A stretch of 64,000 bases of DNA from Candidatus Latescibacterota bacterium (GTDB taxonomy: Bacteria; Latescibacterota; UBA2968; UBA8231). The stretch covers positions 1 through 64,000 of the forward strand of contig CBDBIJ010000110.1 in NCBI GenBank assembly GCA_965205655.1, given 5' to 3'. Positions 59,101 through 64,000 of this stretch are shown piece after piece. The position numbers were made by a program, and so were the translations under genes. Below the pieces are notes generated by a model. That model saw only the letters and a program-made list of their open reading frames with translations, ran no database searches and was not told the DNA's origin. Numbering within the stretch: the stretch's first letter is position 1; each line of letters begins with the position of its first letter.

Positions 59101-59915
59101 TCTCCATCGCTATCGTAGTCAGCCCAGGCGAGGTCCCCGCCATGGACGTTGATGATCGCTTCGCTGTTGAGTTCGTCGAGCCGCAGGGCCCCGTCCTCGT
59201 TCCGGTAGACGTGGGTGAGGGACGTTCCGATCTCCTCCATTCCCGAAACGACGAGATCGAGGTCGCCGTCGGTATCGTAGTCGACCCAGCTGAGGGCTGC
59301 GTACCGCACGCCCTTGAAATTCGAATTGCCGTCGCCGTCCACCTGGCTAATGTCGAAGGATAGCAATCGATCGGCGCGTTCAGTGCCCTCTTCGTTCAGG
59401 TAGAGGCGCATGCTCTCCTCGCCGTCGTCATCCCAACCGGCGATGGCGAGGTCGAGATCGCCGTCGCTGTCGTAGTCAGCCCAACCCAGATCGCCGAAAT
59501 AGACCCCTGTCAATCGCTGGCTCTGGGTCACGTCCTCGGCGAGTAGTGCTCCGTCATTGCGCAGAACCCGGGCGATGCGTTCACACTGGCCGTCGTCGGC
59601 GACGACCTCGCCGATGAGTGCCAGATCCATGTCGCCGTCGCTGTCGTAGTCGCCCCACCCCGCCTGCCCCGCCCAGACGCCGGGCAGCTCGAGTCCCGAG
59701 TCCTGCAGGTTCTGAGATTGCGCTTGAGAGGAGACGATGACGACCGTGAGCAGGCTCACTGCGATCGGCCAGATGCGGGCACGCGAGAGAAGGCGTACGC
59801 ACCGCGGTGTAGGCAGTCCGCCCAAACAGTATTGCACCGGGTCGACTCGACTGAAGTTCATGTGAAATGAGGGGAAAACAGCCGCGCGATTCGCGCGGCC
59901 GCTCCAAGATAGCAA
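53115..59915 (-). CDS. Giant secreted FG-GAP / FN3 / Big_5 Ig-repeat protein with ZU5-like and FlgD-type C-terminal domains (true start may be 59861 or later)
   Basis: Two sets of WGDYDxDGDLD repeats, FN3-like modules, repeated P..V.S..P...W.F.T Ig units, C-terminal VRVYNASGR..WNGRDEDG..VASGLY. Confidence 0.88.
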   Translation of the reverse strand: MLSWSGRANRAAVFPSFHMNFSRVDPVQYCLGGLPTPRCVRLLSRARIWPIAVSLLTVVIVSSQAQSQNLQDSGLELPGVWAGQAGWGDYDSDGDMDLALIGEVVADDGQCERIARVLRNDGALLAEDVTQSQRLTGVYFGDLGWADYDSDGDLDLAIAGWDDDGEESMRLYLNEEGTERADRLLSFDISQVDGDGNSNFKGVRYAALSWVDYDTDGDLDLVVSGMEEIGTSLTHVYRNEDGALRLDELNSEAIINVHGGDLAWADYDSDGDPDLAISGENVIADGGIRRVTEFYVNDPLGTLTLDSGISLPFDSLVKGGSLAWSDYDSDGNPDLAISGHDEVWNRALQLYLYRNRPAGTFNRDTDFSLNAFQTVGGQLDWVDFDNDGDPDLAVSGRTIVSDYEAHVFENRNGSVTGVSIEQNLEGLAGGLALWADYDDDGRVDLVTSGVDESGESRTILYSNLGVTTINTAPNPPASLNPVEVTSTRALFSWSPGSDGESDAISYNIRIGTEAGAGDIVSASLSVGQGNAGFETSYVLSRSLAPDTYVWSVQSVDGTFTRSAFSQEDPFVVTRFVSSDQRIRDLKESAMSWGDYDDDGDIDLAIMGLNRSGEAQSLLYVNRGSTLTLVDADIVSLQEGDLAWGDYDGDGDLDLFITGEDAIGNRANFLYRTDTSGGTDNAGIAVAIRFRPDLSESSVDWGDVDNDGDLDFVLMGQSGATEAGAQLSFTEIWANDGAGDFDTLGVNLTGLNNGESVFGDVDGDGDLDLAVTGVSSDGVRDFTVYRNDLASGSVSFADTGNDLPGMESSDLAFGDYDRDGDLDLAAGGVTASDGPSTAIYANDGTGTYAEIDDVDLPGIQGGDLAWGDYDNDQDLDLVMVGNIGQQQKIFRVYENTIGQAAPDSAFALDAFPILRGVDFSAVTLADADGDGDLDLFSSGSGTTTSTAVNDNLTAQQLNSNVPPSAPSGLRAEDAGDEVTLSWLPASDDGAPPVESLTYNLRLGRTSEGDSVISGQLPLGPGNAGHNLVRSVGELVSGTYFWSVQTVDVGYSRSDWSAESHFIVDVIPPTIDRLTLNKSKSESDTTNFGIDQTVTVAFEFLDEHSGVEKDVEPLVEATIDGQPFQFRTVRYTGLTWTGELTVAESMPSGAASVSVRGLEDIKGNTLVPFDSTGVFSVDTQLPAVSSAAPGFAAVGVPDSTTRLRITFSEPIDQQTVVADNFQITAGNSPVALADAPLYSADDNTVVLAPAGGLLPGTQYSVEVSAAVEDLAGNRPANAISWNFSINVPQLVSTEPADGTASVAIDDGRIIATFDGGLIESLLEEADAVQVRREGDSVVVADALFVGTSNTLSIDLGEALKPGSRYDVTISGSLAGPLRLVAEGDFTWSFSTAVPRVTARTPDDGDAAVSAADPSISIGFDGLLDEEAVSGSVTLLKQGRAIDATEEEYNPTTGVLSFQPAEGLRPGAQYQVVVSGVVGGPLRQAVGDYSWSFSTAVPSRVSVLPTEGADDVTIGLEEAVIEFSVPLDEDQLSAGNFSLARGGVPLELRADDPTDRGEGRYGFAPATGWQVGSGYVVQINSSVSGPLGAGQPISWSFQTAIPDTVSVAPAAADSAVSALEGTIAAVFDTDIDDEELAEHVRLLGEGQSVQITAPVFDGEAGTLSFGPAAGRLRGGTSYQVVITRSVAGPRATDDFRWGFATRVAEVVSTEPESGSEVTAGPRRVRLSFSDPLDEDLINSQNVTVTRGGAALSLPEDEFLYDQEQFIISLPQIDLIPGSAYDVVVSARLGGPRASTDTRLGFATLVPSVVSTSPTDGTSIAAGARRVEIVFSAALQRDLVNSQNIRLSRGGDPIALEDGEFIYVDETFTASLPEVDFVSGSSYEVVVSSRLGGALANRPDDQFTFLTDLPTLVEANPPFGAEGVSVTSPPVRIVFSGPVATADQSGFQLRARRIVDLQEDPDAPFELTPITGFGFEDPAQTIVNFAPQGGFRPFTEYEFVIDRSVLGERAETGFDGTFQTAGELPDAAAGGTVTNAEGSVELYFPPNALPSDIGKVEVIIRPAADQPAGKTVSSAAAPSQGEDPVPVGSAWEMNIGESALRKPVTMTFRYDLGDLGEHNPSELGIFELTEGQWLRVGGTSEPALKQVATSVKELKLSTFGLFVDTQAAVGTAKIRDLDCQPRAFSPAGGLRAITDVSFDLSSPADVTVRVYNASGRLERVIKRDQPYGQGRLTIPWNGRDEDGGVVASGLYIVVVTASGEQAEKVVAVVR

Positions 59916-59990
59916 ACGCCCGGATGCGCGCCAATCAAAATCGCCGCACCGAGCGGATGCCGGCCGTTCCAGATAGTAGATAGATAGTGG

Positions 59991-60569
59991 CTACAGAAGC
60001 TCGACGTCCTGCATGTCGACCTGCAAGGCGACCGCTGTGCCGAGCACGGAGACATTCAATACCAGACGAAAGGAGTCCTTACGCCGGGAGATTTTTCCCT
60101 GCACGCCGACGAGAGGCCCCCGAATGACGCGCACCTTGCGACCCCGCTTCAGCTCGGGATAGAGGGTCAGCCCAGCTCCCCTGCGGCTCGCCACGTAGAT
60201 GCTGGACAGCTCCTCGAGGAGCTGCTTCTGATCGACGACCTCGATCCACTGCACGAAGTAGCCGCTGCGCATGAGATCGAGTCGCTGGGACGAATCGCAG
60301 CTTCCGAATATGTACCCGGGGAAGAGCGGCACCTCGAAGCTGTAGCGCCGTTGCCCTTTGCGTTTTCGAGGTGTGCTCAATCGTAGCGGCAGGTAGTGGC
60401 GCAGCGATAAGTCCTGCCAGACGCCCGCCGCCTTCTTCTCGCATCGAGGCCGGGTGTGGAAAGCGTACCACGCGCGCTCGGACTCGGTTGCGAAAAGACG
60501 GGAGGCCTCATCCTCGGGCGCCTCCTCGGTTGCGCAATCGACAGCTGTAGCGCGATTCGTTTCCGTCAT
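59991..60569 (-). CDS. NusG-paralog transcription antiterminator (UpxY/RfaH-like)
   Basis: WYAFHTRPRCEKK, YLPL, PLFPGYIF; KOW GRKVRVIRGPLVGVQG. Confidence 0.88.
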   Translation of the reverse strand: MTETNRATAVDCATEEAPEDEASRLFATESERAWYAFHTRPRCEKKAAGVWQDLSLRHYLPLRLSTPRKRKGQRRYSFEVPLFPGYIFGSCDSSQRLDLMRSGYFVQWIEVVDQKQLLEELSSIYVASRRGAGLTLYPELKRGRKVRVIRGPLVGVQGKISRRKDSFRLVLNVSVLGTAVALQVDMQDVELL

Positions 60570-60662
60570 CAAGGCTCTTACGCAACGTCTGGCCGGCGAC
60601 TAAGAGAATGGCCTCCCATGGCACCATTGAGGCTCCACAGAAGACCACTCGATCCGAATAAC

Positions 60663-60740
60663 TGGGGTGAGTGACGGGAATCGAACCCGCGGCCTCCAGG
60701 GCCACAACCTGGCGCTCTAACCGACTGAGCTACACCCACC
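60663..60740 (-). tRNA. tRNA-His (GTG) with encoded G-1
   Basis: GGTGGGTGTAGCTCAGTCGGTTAGAGC...TT-GTG-GC...GTTCGATTCC...CCCCA. Confidence 0.95.
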
Positions 60741-60827
60741 ACAAGGCTGCTCGGCGGAAGCATTTCACATCAAAACCGGACCACCGTCCAAGCAGTCGAA
60801 GACCGTTCTCTCAACACTCTTTGTGAC

Positions 60828-60904
60828 TGGCGTGCCCAGCAGGACTCGAACCTGCGACATTCTGCTTAGAAGGCAGATGCTCTATCCAGCTGAGCTATGG
60901 GCAC
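60828..60904 (-). tRNA. tRNA-Arg (TCT)
   Basis: GTGCCCATAGCTCAGCTGGATAGAGC...CT-TCT-AA...GCCA. Confidence 0.95.
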
Positions 60905-61173
60905 TTCTCTAACATACAGCGGGACCTGAAGTTACGGCCCGATTCTACTAAGAAACGGTACACCCCTGTCGAATGCAAGAGGAGTGGGAGTGGCTGATCT
61001 GCAGCGAATGGTTTGGTGATCGAAAGCGGTGACAGACGATTCCCAGGGGAGCGCTACTCCGAGCCGCGCGCAGACCTTCCTGGTCTCATTCTGCTCCATC
61101 TTGGCGTAGCCGTTCTTCCCGAACCAGGACATGCTCATCGGGAGGCGGATTCATTTGAGCTGCGGGATATAGC

Positions 61174-61251
61174 TGGTCGGGGTGGTCGGATTCGAACCGA
61201 CGACCCCCTGCTCCCAAAGCAGGTGCGCTAACCGGACTGCGCTACACCCCG
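61174..61251 (-). tRNA. tRNA-Pro (TGG)
   Basis: CGGGGTGTAGCGCAGTCCGGTTAGCGC...TT-TGG-GA...ACCA. Confidence 0.95.
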
Positions 61252-61310
61252 ACGGAAATATGAAAGTACGGACGGTGGATGAGGCCGGCAACGCGGTGCG
61301 GCGATGCGAA

Positions 61311-62150
61311 TCAGCCTGCGGGCGCGGGCTGGTGGCGAGCTGCTTCGATCTCGTCGCGCAACGACTCTGCGGCGCGACGGGCGGCATCCTGGAAATCACT
61401 TCCATCGGAGGCGTAGATGACCGAGCGCGAGGCGTTGATAATGATGCCGCCGCTATCCGGAGTGTCACCGTAGAGAACGGCGCTTTCCACATCGCCGCCC
61501 TGGGCGCCGACGCCGGGAATCAAGAAGGGAAGCTCCGGCGCCAGGGCTCGCAGGTTTTGCAGCGACTCTGATTTGGTAGCGCCCACCACCAGTCCGACGT
61601 TTCCATGCTCGTCCCAGTCGGCTGCCTTTTCAGCGACGCGCTCGTAGAGCGGGCGTCCGTCAACATTCAGGGTTTCGAGATCTTCGGACCCCGGGTTGGA
61701 TGTCAGACAGAGAAGAAACACGCCCCGGTCCGCATACGAGAGGAAGGGCGCCACCGCGTCACGGCCCATATACGGATTTACCGTGAGCGCTCCGGCTCCG
61801 AGCTCGTCGAACATCATGCGGGCGTAGCGCTCGGCGGTGTTGCCGATGTCGCCTACCTTGGCGTCGACGATAGCTGGGATGTGATTGGGAACATGCTCCA
61901 GAGTCGATGCCAGGGTCGACCAGCCGCTTTCGCCCAGGGCCCCGTAGAAGGCGAAGTTCGGTTTGTAGGCACACACGAGATCGGCGGTGGCATCGATGAT
62001 CGCACGGTTGAATTCGAGCACGTCGAGTCGTCGGCCGCGGCCGTTGCGGGGCAGTTTCCCGGGATCGGGGTCCAGCCCCACACAAAGGAGGGAGTTATTG
62101 GCGCCGGAGGCAGCGGAGAGTTTCTCTCTGAATCCGGGTTTCGTCTCCAC
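61311..62150 (-). CDS. pyrF: Orotidine-5'-phosphate decarboxylase
   Basis: LCVGLDP, YKPNFAFY, DAKVGDIGNT, NPYMG, LTSNPGS, PGVGAQGG, NASR. Confidence 0.95.
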   Translation of the reverse strand: METKPGFREKLSAASGANNSLLCVGLDPDPGKLPRNGRGRRLDVLEFNRAIIDATADLVCAYKPNFAFYGALGESGWSTLASTLEHVPNHIPAIVDAKVGDIGNTAERYARMMFDELGAGALTVNPYMGRDAVAPFLSYADRGVFLLCLTSNPGSEDLETLNVDGRPLYERVAEKAADWDEHGNVGLVVGATKSESLQNLRALAPELPFLIPGVGAQGGDVESAVLYGDTPDSGGIIINASRSVIYASDGSDFQDAARRAAESLRDEIEAARHQPAPAG

Positions 62151-62151
62151 C

Positions 62152-63204
62152 TCAGAAACCGCCCTCTCCCATCTCCGGCTCAACGGGCTCGGTTTCCTCG
62201 AGCAGCTCGTCGATAAAACCGTCGTCTATAGGCTCTTCGTCGAGGTAGTCCCTTGCCGTTGAGTCGACGAATACCGATTCGTATCCACTCGTTTCGACAG
62301 ATGGAGGCTCTGGGCCGAGGATGAAGATCACGCGGCACTGCGTCAGGAAATCTCCTTCCATGTCCGCCATCCTCGCCCTGACACCGCTGTCCCTGCTGAT
62401 CACGACATCGCTGTTGTAGAGTCCGGAGAGGGCGACGGCTTCGACGACGAAGGGATTGGCCTCGGTGCCGCCGATGCGGTCGCTCGATGCGGCGCGGGCG
62501 ATATCCTTGTCGTAGCCGACTATTCCCAAGCGCACGGCGTAATCTCTGTCTACGTGGTCGGCGCTGTAGATAACCCGGTCGTCGGTATCGATGATCCGCG
62601 GCGACATACTTGGTGTGAGATCCGTTCCTCGCGCATCGACGATCAGTCCCGTGTACGGTTCGGGTGGTACGAAGACGAGAAGCGAATCCGATTCCGTCAG
62701 CTCGAGCGACGGCAGATCTCGCGCCGGCGATTCGGCCGATGTTGAGTCTGGCAGCGGCAACACGGCGTCGGCCATCTCGCCGAGCAGATCCAGCTTCAGG
62801 GCGATACGGAAGAGTTCGCCCTCCTGCTCTCGACTGCCCGTGAGAACTCGAGCACCTTTGACGATGCCTTCGACTCTGGCGCGGATCGAGTCGTCGCTGA
62901 CCATCGCCATGCTCACCGTGGTCTGACCATCAATCTGGACCTCCCCGATGATCTCGAGGAGATTGCGGTAGGCGACGAGCTTGGCAGCGCGAAAGCCCAT
63001 CAGCCTGGCACGCACCGGATTGGCTTCGGCGGGAGCTGCTCCCTCGCCGTAGACGACGAGGCTGCTTTCAGTCCAGTCGAGGCTGCCCTCGATGCGACTC
63101 CTCTCAGAGGACTCGACTTCGATCGTCTCAACGACGTCCTGGCCGTCGACGGCATTCGCTGCAGGCGTCAGCGTGGCCAGGACGAGGAGGAAGGCAAGTA
63201 GCAA
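62152..63204 (-). CDS. Exported LPP20/FlgT-N-like hypothetical protein
   Basis: Signal peptide after AAGGA-TTG; RAAKLVAYRNLLE, YTGLIVDARG..PSMSPRI. Confidence 0.65.
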   Translation of the reverse strand: MLLAFLLVLATLTPAANAVDGQDVVETIEVESSERSRIEGSLDWTESSLVVYGEGAAPAEANPVRARLMGFRAAKLVAYRNLLEIIGEVQIDGQTTVSMAMVSDDSIRARVEGIVKGARVLTGSREQEGELFRIALKLDLLGEMADAVLPLPDSTSAESPARDLPSLELTESDSLLVFVPPEPYTGLIVDARGTDLTPSMSPRIIDTDDRVIYSADHVDRDYAVRLGIVGYDKDIARAASSDRIGGTEANPFVVEAVALSGLYNSDVVISRDSGVRARMADMEGDFLTQCRVIFILGPEPPSVETSGYESVFVDSTARDYLDEEPIDDGFIDELLEETEPVEPEMGEGGF

Positions 63205-63234
63205 GAGGGAATCCTTGGGGGAAAATGGGACAGC

Positions 63235-63622
63235 GGAGTGGCTCTGTAAGCCGAGTTCTGTCCGCGCCAGGCGCGGGGCGATCATTCATCTGGGGTCGCG
63301 GTTGCCCGCGGCCTCCGTGCGGCCTACCCGGGAGTCGACGAGGCGGACCACCTCTCCTCCCCTATTTGGCCTTGCTCCGGATGAGGTTTGCCTTGCCGTC
63401 GCCGTCGCCGGCGACGCGGTGAGCTCTTACCTCACCCTTTCACCCTTACCGCCCGGCTGACGCCGAAGCGGCGGTTTGCTTTCTGCTGCACTTTCTGTGG
63501 GGTCGCCCCCCCTGGGCGTTACCCAGCATCCTGTCCTGTGGAGCTCGGACTTTCCTCACCCCGACCTGGCGGGCGTCCCGAAGGTTCCCGCCGGCCGGCA
63601 GCGCGATCGCCCGAGCCACTCC
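63235..63622 (-). ncRNA. rnpB: RNase P RNA, bacterial type A
   Basis: GAGGAAAGTCC, AGTGCAGCAGAAA, GGTAAGAGCTCACC, GGCAAACC, GAGCAAGGCCAAATAGG, AGATGAATG, ACAGAACTCGGCTTA; P1 GGAGTGGCTC/GAGCCACTCC. Confidence 0.96.
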
Positions 63623-63687
63623 GCCGTCAACATCGATCGATCGTGTCTGCATGGTCCAGTTGTAAGGACCGCGAGCGGCCTCGACCG

Positions 63688-64000
63688 CTACGAGGACTCC
63701 TCGTCCCAGACCAGGATTGCCCCACAGCTCTCACAATTCAGGACCTGATCGTTGCGGCGGGCATTGCTTTTCTGCTGCGCCGGGAGCTGTCGATAACAGA
63801 CGCCGCAGGAAGCCTTCCTCACCGCGGCGACGCGTAGTCCTCGAAAGCTGCGGCTGCGCTGGTAGATACCGATCAGATTCTGATCGATGCCCCGCATGGC
63901 TTGATCACGGCGCGAATTGACGCCGTCGACCTGTCCTTGTATCGAGTCGAGCTTGGACTGCAGTTCGTCGATGACCGATTGCTGAGCTTCCCGAATCTCC
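63688..64000 (-). CDS. Coiled-coil C4 zinc-ribbon protein (DUF164-like), 5' end outside the window
   Basis: CGVC...CESCGAIL at the C-terminus; commonly upstream of rnpB. Confidence 0.8.
   Translation of the reverse strand, partial: EIREAQQSVIDELQSKLDSIQGQVDGVNSRRDQAMRGIDQNLIGIYQRSRSFRGLRVAAVRKASCGVCYRQLPAQQKSNARRNDQVLNCESCGAILVWDEESS

Noticed and set aside
51652..59700. Recurrent GTCGTAGTCGCCCCA-like nucleotide repeats resembling an array
   Set aside because: They encode FG-GAP WGDYDxDGD motifs inside open frames, are degenerate and irregularly spaced; not CRISPR, and no cas genes are present
48536..60740. Adhesin operon as an island integrated at tRNA-His
   Set aside because: No integrase, no duplicated tRNA 3' end seen, and composition resembles the flanking core genes
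60932..61138. 68-aa ORF between tRNA-Pro and tRNA-Arg
   Set aside because: No motif or clear SD, and it overlaps a likely tRNA promoter region
63204..63285. ORF N-terminus overlapping the rnpB 3' end
   Set aside because: A TTG with an AAGGA SD at 63204 precedes the signal peptide, so the overlap is probably an ORF-calling extension

Overview
A 64-kb window of GC-rich bacterial chromosome. PorV-like and FlgD-tailed FG-GAP proteins suggest an FCB-group lineage such as Latescibacterota or Gemmatimonadota (inference). It is mostly housekeeping genes: hemL, msrA, ddl, htpG, proA, rnd, rpsU, fbp with a class I aldolase, thrC, nadD, bamD, cpoB, pyrF, rnpB and five tRNAs. There are five IS elements or remnants: an IS256 splitting a CpxA-like kinase, an ISKra4-like fragment inside a ddl duplication, an IS3, and a tandem IS5/IS1182-type plus ISAzo13 pair sharing TA junctions. 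The most unusual locus is a minus-strand run (60.6 to 41.4 kb) downstream of a tRNA cluster. In order it encodes a NusG/UpxY-type antiterminator, a 2266-aa FG-GAP/Ig adhesin-like protein with a FlgD-type tail, a second FG-GAP protein and a PorV-barrel/transglutaminase-like Cys protease/TPR fusion. Beyond the IS pair come a secreted TPR protein and a CHASE2 adenylate cyclase. Together these are a candidate undescribed adhesin secretion/processing and signalling system. Several +1 homopolymer frameshifts in conserved genes (hemL twice, ddl, a porin) suggest residual sequencing errors. All calls come from reading the sequence and recognising motifs; no searches were run.
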